From the sequence record NC_019521.1: a stretch of DNA of 64,000 bases; one strand, written 5' to 3'. This document shows positions 38,757-48,206 of this stretch, piece by piece. Position 1 is the stretch's first letter, and each line of letters begins with the position of its first letter. The translations under genes and the position numbers were made by a program. A model generated the notes under the pieces. It was given only the letters and a program-made list of their open reading frames with translations. It searched no databases and was not told the origin of the DNA.

Positions 38757-38800
38757 GAAACCCTCAGAAACTGAAACTTCTGAGGGTTTCGTAGTATAAT
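38757..38800 (+). repeat. Hairpin-promoter cassette 5
   Basis: gaaaccctcagaa-actgaaac-ttctgagggtttc then gtagtataat. Confidence 0.85.
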
Positions 38801-38829
38801 AATCAATATAATCTATAAACTATATTCGT

Positions 38830-39381
38830 ATGTCAACTATTATCAATACTAAAGAGCTTAGAACTCGTATCGAAAGCAATCAAACTAAGTATCAAGATGT
38901 GAGATACATTCACAATCTTCTAGAATCTAAGGTTCTTGAAGAAGAGAACTTACGATACTTGCTACAATTACCATTATCGAATTTACGATCTGAATCTACA
39001 GAACATTTGAATTTCGTTTCAGAAACTCTTAACAATTTAGGATATCACGTAAAAACTGACAGTAATCATATATATGTTAAGTATGCTGATAGAGTTATGG
39101 ATTCTATATTCAAATCTAAATCTTTATATTTTCTATATTCGATTTCAGCTGATAGACTTTCCATCAAGTACAATAATGTTCAGAAAGCTAAGGAACTTTA
39201 TCATAGACTAATGAAGGTTATGGAAATCGAATTGTTCTTTAATGGTAGTCAATACGATCAAATTTTAGACAATGATCTCGTTCTTAAAGAATTAATCGTT
39301 TTGTTACAAATAAATGGTTTCAGAACTGAGAAAACTGTTATATCTGACAAGAAAGCTAACCTTAAAATTTCTTTAATATGA
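38830..39381 (+). CDS. Hypothetical early protein
   Basis: After cassette. Confidence 0.7.
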   Translation: MSTIINTKELRTRIESNQTKYQDVRYIHNLLESKVLEEENLRYLLQLPLSNLRSESTEHLNFVSETLNNLGYHVKTDSNHIYVKYADRVMDSIFKSKSLYFLYSISADRLSIKYNNVQKAKELYHRLMKVMEIELFFNGSQYDQILDNDLVLKELIVLLQINGFRTEKTVISDKKANLKISLI

Positions 39382-39854
39382 AAAGTGTAAACTGGTACGA
39401 TTTCGGTGCAATGGAAGTTAATCCTCCAGCTAATCGTAGAACTGAACATGGATTTAGATCATATGATTTTCGAGCACCTAAACGAAACGATAAGAAAAAC
39501 TGGAAAAAGTTCTTATTATGGTTTCTAACATTTCGAGAGGAAAACGTCGTACGTTTCAAAGACGTAATGAAACTTTATGGTGTAACTTTGGAAAATGTTG
39601 AACGTGAACGTAAGTCCTCTTACAACAGAATTAAACGTAATAACGTTGAAGCAAGGAGATTAAACAAAAGGATTAGAACCCCCGAAACTGCTGCGAAACT
39701 TGACATAGAATTTCAATACCATTCTTATCGCTTAGACTGGATGAAAGAAAATCCAAAGAAAAATGATAAAGCGATCAAAAAATTGAAAACTAAATGTGAA
39801 CGATTAAATTCACCTTCTAGAAGGAAACGAATTCAGAAAATCCTAGAATCATGA
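39378..39854 (+). CDS. Hypothetical basic protein
   Basis: ATGA overlap. Confidence 0.65.
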   Translation: MKSVNWYDFGAMEVNPPANRRTEHGFRSYDFRAPKRNDKKNWKKFLLWFLTFREENVVRFKDVMKLYGVTLENVERERKSSYNRIKRNNVEARRLNKRIRTPETAAKLDIEFQYHSYRLDWMKENPKKNDKAIKKLKTKCERLNSPSRRKRIQKILES

Positions 39855-40267
39855 TAATAACAGTATTCATAATATTAGCAGTAATGATTACTGCAGTATC
39901 TTTCATAACTATTAATGAAGAACCATCGAAAGTTAACAAACATGGACTGAAATATAAACTTGAAGAATTTGCTTCTACAAGTTACAATCTAGCATTTTGG
40001 GACGAATCTAAGAAAAAGTTAATTTGGATATTATACGTTGGTATCGATGTAGATAATTTCAATAGAAATCTTGTAACATATCCTCCGAAACTTGATAGAG
40101 CTTTCTTCGAAATGGGTAGAAAAATCGATTATGCGATTGACAAATTCGAAACTATCGAACAAGTTTACGAATATAACAAAGTTAGAGAATCAGAAGCTAT
40201 AAGAGCTAATGAAAGATACGAAAATAGGGTAAAACAATTCGAGGAACAAAGATCAAAATATGAATAA
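39851..40267 (+). CDS. Membrane-anchored hypothetical protein
   Basis: N-terminal TM helix. Confidence 0.65.
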   Translation: MIITVFIILAVMITAVSFITINEEPSKVNKHGLKYKLEEFASTSYNLAFWDESKKKLIWILYVGIDVDNFNRNLVTYPPKLDRAFFEMGRKIDYAIDKFETIEQVYEYNKVRESEAIRANERYENRVKQFEEQRSKYE

Positions 40268-40300
40268 TTCTATACATTCGTTATAATAAACTAAAGAAAC

Positions 40301-40915
40301 ATGAAAAATATTAAAAACGCTGACATACTAACTGACTACATATTACGTACATTCAAAGAATTAGATAACATTAGATTTACTTCTAACTATATCAAGGGTT
40401 CGATGACTAAACGTACTTTATGTGACACTGTTCAAGTAAATGACAATCTTGAAATATTTACAGCTTTATCTGGAAAACGTTTGTCACATGTGACAAAACT
40501 TGGATTAGTTTTCAAGGATGTGAATACTATTGTAAAAATCGACATTAACGAAATCAATTCAGAAAATCTTTCATTCGTTATAGCACATCTTAGTAATAGA
40601 ACTGTTAGTAAACTAATGAAAGTCATAACTAATACTAAGATGACAGAATCTACGAAATGTCGTGAAATTTCGAACCATTTCGTAAAGAAATACAAATTAC
40701 ATTTAGTAGATTCTGATGGTCATTTATGTTGGATTAAATGTTTGCATTCGAATACATATCTTAATAACTATCATTCGAAATGTCATAGTAATGACAACGT
40801 TCTTGAAAAACTAAGGAAGGAAAGAACTAGTCTAATTCTAGAACTTGATATTGTCAATGCTAAAATAGAAATGATAGAAAACAAAAATGCAATTTTAGAA
40901 AAACTAAATACTTAA
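40301..40915 (+). CDS. Hypothetical protein
   Basis: ORF track. Confidence 0.65.
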   Translation: MKNIKNADILTDYILRTFKELDNIRFTSNYIKGSMTKRTLCDTVQVNDNLEIFTALSGKRLSHVTKLGLVFKDVNTIVKIDINEINSENLSFVIAHLSNRTVSKLMKVITNTKMTESTKCREISNHFVKKYKLHLVDSDGHLCWIKCLHSNTYLNNYHSKCHSNDNVLEKLRKERTSLILELDIVNAKIEMIENKNAILEKLNT

Positions 40916-40919
40916 AATT

Positions 40920-41066
40920 ATGCAATCGATCCTATATCTACCAATGACAATTTTATTCTTCACAGCTTTATCATTCTTCACGATTTGGGGATCGTACAAG
41001 ATTGGTAAATTAATCTTTCAATTATGCTCAGAAAAACTTCGAAATCTCAGAAACGTAAGTCTTTAA
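40920..41066 (+). CDS. 48-aa membrane microprotein (not in ORF track)
   Basis: MQSILYLPMTILFFTALSFFTIWGSYKIGK.. fills the gap after 40915; overlaps the next gene by 43 nt. Confidence 0.45.
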   Translation: MQSILYLPMTILFFTALSFFTIWGSYKIGKLIFQLCSEKLRNLRNVSL

Positions 41067-41269
41067 TTCGTAAAGTTTTCATCAGTTTATATCCTGATGG
41101 AATGACTAATAACGCTCATAAATCTATGACAGAAATCATAGAATCTGGATATTGTAATAATCGAAAACGTTTGAGATGGTTTATCAAGAAAGGTTTGACA
41201 AGTTTCCAGAAATCTGGAATGGTTGCAACCCGTAAGAAAATTATCAATCGTCTTATAGCTTCAATTTAA
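41024..41269 (+). CDS. Small very basic protein
   Basis: TTCAATT-ATG start; Lys/Arg-rich. Confidence 0.6.
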   Translation: MLRKTSKSQKRKSLIRKVFISLYPDGMTNNAHKSMTEIIESGYCNNRKRLRWFIKKGLTSFQKSGMVATRKKIINRLIASI

Positions 41270-41274
41270 TCGAA

Positions 41275-41670
41275 ATGTCAGTATCAGAACAAACTATAAT
41301 AAATTCATTACATGATTTGAAACAGTTATTAGAAAGAAATCATTTAATAGACAATTTCGATTCTTTAGACAATTCAATTTTTTCAAAACATTTGAAACTT
41401 ACTAGTAGTATATACACTCACTGTCTTTATATAAATCTATTTCTTTTTGATTCTACTTGGTATAAAATCGATAATACTGTAATAGGTTTGATAAAACGAA
41501 TAGAATATGTAAAATGGTTCTTTCAGAATAGAAAGGAATCGTTTTATAGTAGTTATACTACATTGATGCGATTAAACTCAGAACTTAAATCAATTCAGAC
41601 ACGATACTGGGATAAACCTATTCAAATGTTTTTAGAATTCGACAAGCTTGCTAAATTTCCAAGAAGATGA
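41275..41670 (+). CDS. Hypothetical protein
   Basis: ORF track. Confidence 0.6.
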   Translation: MSVSEQTIINSLHDLKQLLERNHLIDNFDSLDNSIFSKHLKLTSSIYTHCLYINLFLFDSTWYKIDNTVIGLIKRIEYVKWFFQNRKESFYSSYTTLMRLNSELKSIQTRYWDKPIQMFLEFDKLAKFPRR

Positions 41671-42053
41671 AAACGTTAATATTATCAATATTCATAGCTT
41701 TGATGTTTCTTAGCTGTGAAGACAAAATCGAAATACTTTCTATCAATAAGAATTCTGTTATAGATTCTAAAGATATCGAAAAGTTCAATACTGTAACAAC
41801 TTACTATTCTGATAGTACTGTTACCTTGTATTACAACAGTCCTACAAAAACTGTTAATATTAAATCGAAAGGTTCTTATACGATACTTGATACTTTGGAA
41901 TCTGGTAGTAAGATTACAACTTACTTGGGTGATTTGAAACGTAAAACAGGTACTTTGAAATTCTCGATATCTGATAACAAATCAACAAAACTAAATTGTA
42001 CAGCCACTGATTCTATATTCGTAGCTGGTGTAAAGATAGTAAATTATAACTAA
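41667..42053 (+). CDS. Lipoprotein (Bacteroidota-type signal)
   Basis: MKTLILSIFIALMFLS-C-EDK lipobox. Confidence 0.7.
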   Translation: MKTLILSIFIALMFLSCEDKIEILSINKNSVIDSKDIEKFNTVTTYYSDSTVTLYYNSPTKTVNIKSKGSYTILDTLESGSKITTYLGDLKRKTGTLKFSISDNKSTKLNCTATDSIFVAGVKIVNYN

Positions 42054-42060
42054 ACTATTT

Positions 42061-42109
42061 ACAAAAAGTTTCATCGTAAGTGAAACTTTTTGTCGTTTCG
42101 TAGTATAAT
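42061..42109 (+). promoter_or_regulatory. 13-bp hairpin with TGAAAC in the 3' arm, then N17-TATAAT
   Basis: acaaaaagtttca-tcgtaag-tgaaactttttgt; -35 at 42081, -10 at 42104. Confidence 0.75.
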
Positions 42110-42171
42110 ATACTAAATAAATCAAATATACTTCATTTATGAAGCGCATTAGCTTCGCTAATTTTTCAACT

Positions 42172-42279
42172 ATGGAAATTCTTCAAACAATCGTTCAAAC
42201 TGTAATGACAGGATTATTCGTTACAGCTTTAGTTCTTTTCGTTACTATCGGAATCAGAAATCTTATTAAACTTTTCTAA
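42172..42279 (+). CDS. 35-aa single-TM microprotein (alternative start 42139)
   Basis: MEILQTIVQTVMTGLFVTALVLFVTIGIRNLIKLF; TTCAACT-ATG context; first gene after a promoter. Confidence 0.65.
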   Translation: MEILQTIVQTVMTGLFVTALVLFVTIGIRNLIKLF

Positions 42280-42280
42280 T

Positions 42281-42361
42281 ATGTTTAAGTTCTGTAAGAA
42301 ATGCTGTACTATGGTACTGGTTAAATCATCTAAATGTACAATCTGTAAACGTAGCATATAA
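42281..42361 (+). CDS. 26-aa CxxC-CxxC zinc-ribbon microprotein
   Basis: MFKFCKKCCTMVLVKSSKCTICKRSI; its TAA overlaps the next ATG (TAATG). Confidence 0.55.
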   Translation: MFKFCKKCCTMVLVKSSKCTICKRSI

Positions 42362-42564
42362 TGTCATCTATCAAAGAAGTAAACGCTAAGGTAAGAGCTA
42401 ACAAAATAATCGAAAAATTAGAATTTCTTAAATCTAATGGATGTGATCAAAGAATTTATGTTCCAAATACTATCGATAAATTAATTATCGAAGAATTAGA
42501 AAGTCGAAACTATGTAGTTGAAGACAACTTTCATGATTTAATCGTTTATCCTAAAATCAAATAA
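42361..42564 (+). CDS. Hypothetical protein
   Basis: ORF track. Confidence 0.65.
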   Translation: MSSIKEVNAKVRANKIIEKLEFLKSNGCDQRIYVPNTIDKLIIEELESRNYVVEDNFHDLIVYPKIK

Positions 42565-42565
42565 C

Positions 42566-42910
42566 ATGTACTTACTTCTTAAAAACAATATCTCAGATTC
42601 ATCGAACTGGGAAGCTATAGCTACTTACGAAATTATTCCTTCACCTGAAGAACTTCTAAATCTTGAATGTTTCGGAGAAGGTTCTGATGCTAAACATAAA
42701 GAAACTGGTGAATCTTTAAACGAATTACTATGTAAACAGTTATCAGAAAAACTAATTACTAGTACGTTTCAATTTTCTTCAAGTTTTAGATTCGAATATA
42801 TGCTAATAGAATTCAAACATGGTGAAGATTTGAATTTACATGATTATCTTCTAACAGGTTATACAGATATCAATCCTGGAATCGGATTCGATTTGGATAA
42901 TTTTTGTTAA
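42566..42910 (+). CDS. Hypothetical acidic protein
   Basis: ORF track. Confidence 0.65.
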   Translation: MYLLLKNNISDSSNWEAIATYEIIPSPEELLNLECFGEGSDAKHKETGESLNELLCKQLSEKLITSTFQFSSSFRFEYMLIEFKHGEDLNLHDYLLTGYTDINPGIGFDLDNFC

Positions 42911-42927
42911 CTTTATTTTTCAGCAAC

Positions 42928-42956
42928 TGAAACAATCTAAACTTTCGTAGTATAAT
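42928..42956 (+). promoter_or_regulatory. Phage promoter TGAAAC-N17-TATAAT
   Basis: Consensus match. Confidence 0.75.
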
Positions 42957-42994
42957 ATCTTCATAAATATCATAAATAAAAAACATTTTCAACT

Positions 42995-43978
42995 ATGGCT
43001 AAGGTAAAACTTACAAAAAACGAACAATCAATTCTTGATGCTATAAAAAACGGTTCAACAACTATCGAATCGATCTCAGAAAAAGCTAACGTTGCTAAAA
43101 ACGTAGCACATCTTCTTGCAGGTTCACTTGTTAAGAAATCATTAGTTCGTAAAAATCCAAACGATAAAACTTTCTCAATTGTTCCAGAAGGTGCTGATAC
43201 TTCTAAAATCGTATGTTACGGTAACTTGTTATTACCGGTTCGTTTCTATGTAAACAAACAAACTAAACAACGTTACGCTATTCGTGGAACTTGGAATCCA
43301 GTTGAGGATCATATTACTGAAGATGATATTCAATGGATCGATGATACAATTTCTCAGAAATCTAAGAAAGGTAAAACTGAATCTAAAAATCGTGATGGTT
43401 TAGCTAAACCAAGATTACGTGTAATAACACCTTCAAAATTCCAAGTTTGGTCAGAATTACCTTTAACTGATAAACAATTATCGGGTGAATACAAAGGTAA
43501 AACAGGTGATTTCAATATTGATTTCAAGGTCAAGGAATCTCGTGGTGAACAAACTCATATCGAAGCTTGTATCAATTTCAAAATCGGTAAAATTACTTGG
43601 AGCATGTACCCAGTAACTAAAACTGATGTTCTTGTTGATACTGATAAATTGGAAAAATTCATCAAAGGAAAGGGTGAATCTATCTTCACTTTGGAACAAT
43701 TCATTTGGCGAAATCCAGACCAAGTAATTCAATATCCAGTCGATATCAAAGTTAACGAAGACACATCTTTGATTGGTACAACAATTCAATTCGTTAAATG
43801 GAAAGATATTAATAATCTTTCTTGGAATGTTTTCCAAATCACTTGTGCTGCTACAAACGGTAACTGTAAATTCAAGAAAATGTCATCTGGTACTGGGTCA
43901 TTAGAGGAAGCTTTGAAATCTGTAAATGGAATGCCAGCATTTGTATCAGCTTTAGAAGCTTTCAAAATCGTAAAATAA
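42995..43978 (+). CDS. Winged-helix (MarR/TrmB-like) N-domain protein
   Basis: LTKNEQSILDAIKNGSTTIESISEKANVAKNVAHLLAGSLVKKSLVRK wHTH pattern. Confidence 0.55.
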   Translation: MAKVKLTKNEQSILDAIKNGSTTIESISEKANVAKNVAHLLAGSLVKKSLVRKNPNDKTFSIVPEGADTSKIVCYGNLLLPVRFYVNKQTKQRYAIRGTWNPVEDHITEDDIQWIDDTISQKSKKGKTESKNRDGLAKPRLRVITPSKFQVWSELPLTDKQLSGEYKGKTGDFNIDFKVKESRGEQTHIEACINFKIGKITWSMYPVTKTDVLVDTDKLEKFIKGKGESIFTLEQFIWRNPDQVIQYPVDIKVNEDTSLIGTTIQFVKWKDINNLSWNVFQITCAATNGNCKFKKMSSGTGSLEEALKSVNGMPAFVSALEAFKIVK

Positions 43979-43999
43979 TAACACACTACTAAATCCTAA

Positions 44000-44027
44000 G
44001 ATTCGGAAGATTTTTATCTTCCGAATC
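44000..44027 (+). terminator. Terminator, 12-bp stem
   Basis: gattcggaagat-tttt-atcttccgaatc then atttt. Confidence 0.7.
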
Positions 44028-44052
44028 ATTTTTAAAAGCTAAAAACGAAATA

Positions 44053-44676
44053 ATGATTAACACACCATACGAAAAACAAGTTGCGATTTTTGAAGAACTT
44101 AAAGAAGATTTTACTGACAGATTAGCACTTTTACTTGATAGTGAATTTGGACAAGACACTCAAGATTTACTTGATGTAAAATTCCTAGAAACTGGTATCA
44201 TAATCTGTGACAAAGTATTTGTCGAATACGATCAAACTGTTATAACACCAACTTTCAATATCAAACCATTATCTTCGTTTGAAGATTTCAAAATCATTAA
44301 TGCTGTACTTTCGAATAAAGATGAAATCAAAGATTTCGTTAAGAAATATCATATAACTTTGGAAACTATTAAATCGTTTTCGAACAAATCAATTTCTGAG
44401 GAAAATCCAATCATTGAAGAAATCAAAAACGAAATCCAAGCTGGAATCTTGGAAGGTGATATCACTGATAACGTTTACGAAATCAATGAAAACTTGTTCT
44501 TGAAAATCTTATCATATGGTACTTCAAGACAATTACATGTAACTGTTGGATTTTTCAGAGACATTCAATTAGAAGAAAATCCTTTCAGAATAGATCGAAT
44601 CAATAAAGATGATTTATTCGAAAGACTAACATATCTTATCAATCACGAATTAGACAATACTACTTTAGTAGACTAG
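44053..44676 (+). CDS. Hypothetical acidic protein
   Basis: ORF track. Confidence 0.7.
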   Translation: MINTPYEKQVAIFEELKEDFTDRLALLLDSEFGQDTQDLLDVKFLETGIIICDKVFVEYDQTVITPTFNIKPLSSFEDFKIINAVLSNKDEIKDFVKKYHITLETIKSFSNKSISEENPIIEEIKNEIQAGILEGDITDNVYEINENLFLKILSYGTSRQLHVTVGFFRDIQLEENPFRIDRINKDDLFERLTYLINHELDNTTLVD

Positions 44677-44711
44677 GTTGTAGTTGACCATTTTATATTT
44701 TTGTTATTTTT

Positions 44712-44743
44712 AAAGAACTGGATATTAACGTATCCAGTTCTTT
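44712..44743 (+). terminator. Terminator, 13-bp stem
   Basis: aaagaactggata-ttaacg-tatccagttcttt. Confidence 0.75.
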
Positions 44744-44770
44744 TCGATTAGATCAAATCGTTATTCAGAT

Positions 44771-44799
44771 TGAAACGATTTCATATTTGTTAGTATAAT
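44771..44799 (+). promoter_or_regulatory. Phage promoter TGAAAC-N17-TATAAT
   Basis: Consensus match upstream of the helicase. Confidence 0.75.
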
Positions 44800-44838
44800 A
44801 TATTTCAATACAAATATATTTACACTAATGTCATACAA

Positions 44839-46767
44839 ATGAACGACAAAGATTTTATCGACGACCTAGATGCGTTATTATCCCCAAAACCTGAAAATGT
44901 TTCAACGGAAACTGAAGAAACAAAAGAACTTGTAGAAAAACGTTCAAGGATTCTTGAATGTCTTGATAAAGTAATCGATAAGCTATGCGAGAATCCTGGA
45001 ATCTTACGAGAAAGAATCGAACAAACTCAGAAACCTATTATCGAAAAAGCTCTTAACGCTTATATCAAAGGTGTTAAGAATTACATTGTAGAAGCACCTA
45101 CAGGTGCTGGTAAATCAATCATTGGATTACTTATTAACGAATCAATCTATCTTTACAACAATAAAGATATTGCAGCTTATACGTTAACACCTACAAAGAT
45201 TTTACAGGATCAGTTAGATGAAGACAACAAACGTTTGAATCTTGGATGGGCTTTGTTAAAGGGTCAAGGTAATTACATGTGTCTTGAAAACAATGAAAAC
45301 TTTACGAAAAGAGCTTGCCATAAGTTAGCTATTTCTAAAGCAGCTCAATTACCTTGTGCTGAAACATGTGAATACATTCAAAAACGTAAAGCTGCTATTT
45401 TGTCACATAACGCTGTATTATCTTACGCTTATTGGTTATCTGCTATGAATTACATGTATAACATGCTTGGAGATAATTCACCATTTCAACCGAGAGAAGT
45501 TACAGTATTTGATGAATGTCATATGTTAGCTGATACAGTTCAAAGTATGTTTCAAGTTGAAATATCGAATCAAGTTCAGGATAGAATCGTTAAGCTAATT
45601 TCATTCTATGAATCTGTTGAAAAAGATGTTTACAAGCTTGAAAGAATGTTTGGACTCACTAAAGATTTCAAGAAATGTTTCGATCATCTTTTCAAGATTA
45701 CTAACGAACAATCATTGAAAGATGTTTACGATACTATGCTAATGACTACAGCATATATTCATAGGATTTCGAATATGTTCTTAGACTTCATTCAAGAATA
45801 TTTTCCTAAGAATACTAACCTTTGGTCTGTTGGTCAACAAGAATTCGATAAGAACTTTGAAAGATTCGCATCAGTTTCTTCAAACATGAAATTCTTCTTA
45901 TCAAATAACAAAGATATTGAAAACATTGTTGCAGATAAAACAGTTTTAGATGATGGTACCGTAGTTCTACTATTTAGAACTCTTAACGAATCTAGTTTAA
46001 TGGCTAGACATGTTCATAAGTATACACAATTCGCAGTATGGACTTCAGCTACATTAGGTGGACGTAAAGGTTTAGAATCTTGGGCTGAACAAAATGGTAT
46101 TACGAATTACGAATATACTATCATGGAATCTAATTTCGATTTCGAAAATTGTCCTATCAATATCTGTTCACCTACTATTTCAATGTCATTCAAAGATAAG
46201 GCGAATAACATGAATGCTTTAATGATGCGAATCATGACTTTGATCAATTGTCACGAAGATGAACGTGGTATCATTCATACTGGTAATTTCGAAATAGCTA
46301 GAAATCTTAAGACTCGTACTGAAAAAGGTAATGACAGATTCATTTTCTATAACAATTCATTTGAAAAAGCTCACGCTATCGAAGAACTTAAACGTTCTAA
46401 AAATGGTATTATCGTTGGACCTTCGTTATCAGAAGGATTGGATTTGAAAGATGATTTAGCCAGATTCGCTATTCTCGCTAAAGTACCTTATCCGTCACTA
46501 GCTGATTCATTGAACAAATTAAAACTTGAAAGAATTCCAGGATGGTATGATTGGCAAACAGTTGTAACTGTTCAACAGCAGTTAGGTAGACACGTAAGAC
46601 ATAAAACGGATTGGGGTACAACTTATATGTTAGATTCGGGATTCGAAAGAGTTATAACTAATTCTACATTCCCGAATTACATTGCTAACCGTTTTACAAA
46701 AATCAATGTCAATAAATTAGTAACAGATTTCCAAAATCAAGATTCAGATTTCGATGACTTATACTAA
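44839..46767 (+). CDS. DinG/XPD-family Fe-S DNA helicase
   Basis: EAPTGAGKS, LKGQGNYMC plus three further Cys, DECH, SATL, KVPYP, QQLGR..RH. Confidence 0.85.
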   Translation: MNDKDFIDDLDALLSPKPENVSTETEETKELVEKRSRILECLDKVIDKLCENPGILRERIEQTQKPIIEKALNAYIKGVKNYIVEAPTGAGKSIIGLLINESIYLYNNKDIAAYTLTPTKILQDQLDEDNKRLNLGWALLKGQGNYMCLENNENFTKRACHKLAISKAAQLPCAETCEYIQKRKAAILSHNAVLSYAYWLSAMNYMYNMLGDNSPFQPREVTVFDECHMLADTVQSMFQVEISNQVQDRIVKLISFYESVEKDVYKLERMFGLTKDFKKCFDHLFKITNEQSLKDVYDTMLMTTAYIHRISNMFLDFIQEYFPKNTNLWSVGQQEFDKNFERFASVSSNMKFFLSNNKDIENIVADKTVLDDGTVVLLFRTLNESSLMARHVHKYTQFAVWTSATLGGRKGLESWAEQNGITNYEYTIMESNFDFENCPINICSPTISMSFKDKANNMNALMMRIMTLINCHEDERGIIHTGNFEIARNLKTRTEKGNDRFIFYNNSFEKAHAIEELKRSKNGIIVGPSLSEGLDLKDDLARFAILAKVPYPSLADSLNKLKLERIPGWYDWQTVVTVQQQLGRHVRHKTDWGTTYMLDSGFERVITNSTFPNYIANRFTKINVNKLVTDFQNQDSDFDDLY

Positions 46768-47038
46768 AATCAAAGAACAATTCAAAGATCGATACAATCA
46801 GATTTGTATCGATCTAATGGAAATGATAATCGAGGAAGTTCTATACATAAACGTTTCTATAAACGAATCCGATCAAATGGAAAGCATTTTAGATTCTATG
46901 GAACTATCAGCTTTAAGTTCTGTAATCGATAAATACTATCAAGTTTCGATAAGTAATACTGAAATAAGTTATAAGACTTTCGAAGAGTTAGTATGTCGAA
47001 TCATTTACTTACAAGTAACACCACAGTCAAGGTTATGA
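46754..47038 (+). CDS. Acyl-carrier-protein-like protein (retains DS motif)
   Basis: LDSMELSALSSVIDKYYQVSI..KTFEELV resembles ACP LDSLDLVELIMEIEDEFGIEI..TVGDLV. Confidence 0.45.
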   Translation: MTYTKIKEQFKDRYNQICIDLMEMIIEEVLYINVSINESDQMESILDSMELSALSSVIDKYYQVSISNTEISYKTFEELVCRIIYLQVTPQSRL

Positions 47039-47295
47039 AAAAGACACATAGTGAAATCATCTCTACTATAAATTCAGATTTAGAAGATTTTATGCGATCT
47101 AATAGCATGAATACTAGATTTTCGTATAATGAATATCTTTATAGACTTTGGAGAAGAGAAGATTACGAAGCTTTCTGTGAACATGTAATACATAAGTACG
47201 ATGGATATAACATCAAACGTCAGTTTTTCATGACTATGAACACACTTATAACTAATCTAGCGAACAGGGAAATTATTAAACAACAAAATTCTTAA
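47035..47295 (+). CDS. Hypothetical protein, possibly ACP-like
   Basis: ATGA overlap gives start 47035; EDYEAFCEHVIHKYDGYNI..MTMNTLI pattern. Confidence 0.5.
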   Translation: MKKTHSEIISTINSDLEDFMRSNSMNTRFSYNEYLYRLWRREDYEAFCEHVIHKYDGYNIKRQFFMTMNTLITNLANREIIKQQNS

Positions 47296-47300
47296 AAACT

Positions 47301-47564
47301 ATGATATCAAAGAAACGTTATCAATCAAAATATGACGAAATCAGGTTAGACTTGAATTTCTTCTTAGTAACAGAATTAGATCAGTCTAAAGACTTACAGG
47401 ATTCTGATGTTCTAAACAAAGTATTAGATCATATGGAAATTGCTGATTTGAAAGACTATTTAGAATCAGAATATAACTGTAAAGTTGGAATCGATGCTAT
47501 GACTTATCATGATCTTATCGATCTTCTAACTTTAAGATACTTCGTAAATATAGATTCCGAATAG
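47301..47564 (+). CDS. ACP-like protein (Ser replaced by His)
   Basis: LDHMEIADLKDYLESEYNCKV..MTYHDLIDLL. Confidence 0.4.
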   Translation: MISKKRYQSKYDEIRLDLNFFLVTELDQSKDLQDSDVLNKVLDHMEIADLKDYLESEYNCKVGIDAMTYHDLIDLLTLRYFVNIDSE

Positions 47565-47566
47565 AC

Positions 47567-47878
47567 ATGGAAAATTTCAAAGAAGTTTGCGATTATCTAA
47601 AGTCTGAACTAAAAGAAGTATGTTCTTTAGATTACGAAATATATGCTTACGAAACTCTTTCAGACTTTATCGACGATTATGATATCTTGAATTTCATTTC
47701 AATAATCAAACATAAGAATCGAGGTTTATGTAATATCGAAGTATCGGATTACAGGAAACTGACATTAACTGATATAGCGAACAATATTCTATATAATAAA
47801 AATAGATTGGAACTTTTCGATCTATTTTCTAAAGCTAGTAAAAGAATGAGAGAATCTTGTAAAATCTTGTACACGTAA
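47567..47878 (+). CDS. ACP-like protein (Ser replaced by Asp)
   Basis: IDDYDILNFISII..CNIEVSDYRKLTLTDIANNI. Confidence 0.35.
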   Translation: MENFKEVCDYLKSELKEVCSLDYEIYAYETLSDFIDDYDILNFISIIKHKNRGLCNIEVSDYRKLTLTDIANNILYNKNRLELFDLFSKASKRMRESCKILYT

Positions 47879-47939
47879 ACATAAAATATCAAGTTTAGTA
47901 TAATACATATAATTCAATATATAAATTCAGACAAAGAAC

Positions 47940-48206
47940 ATGACAGAACCTATCATTACAGTGTTGTCTAAAAACGGTTGCGTTCCCTGCGAAACTGTTA
48001 AAGCTACACTTAAATCGAGTAACATAAAGTTTGAAGAAATCAACTTATTCGATAACGCACATATTGCTACCAAATTCAAAATTCGAAACGTACCAACTGT
48101 AATGTTTACTAATAAACCATTAACAGATGATACAGCTATAGAAGTTTCGGAAAAATTCACAGGTCCTGGAACATTGGACAAAATTCAACAATACGTTTCT
48201 AAATAA
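47940..48206 (+). CDS. nrdH: NrdH-like glutaredoxin
   Basis: CVPC, IRNVP; first gene of the nrdHIE block. Confidence 0.8.
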   Translation: MTEPIITVLSKNGCVPCETVKATLKSSNIKFEEINLFDNAHIATKFKIRNVPTVMFTNKPLTDDTAIEVSEKFTGPGTLDKIQQYVSK

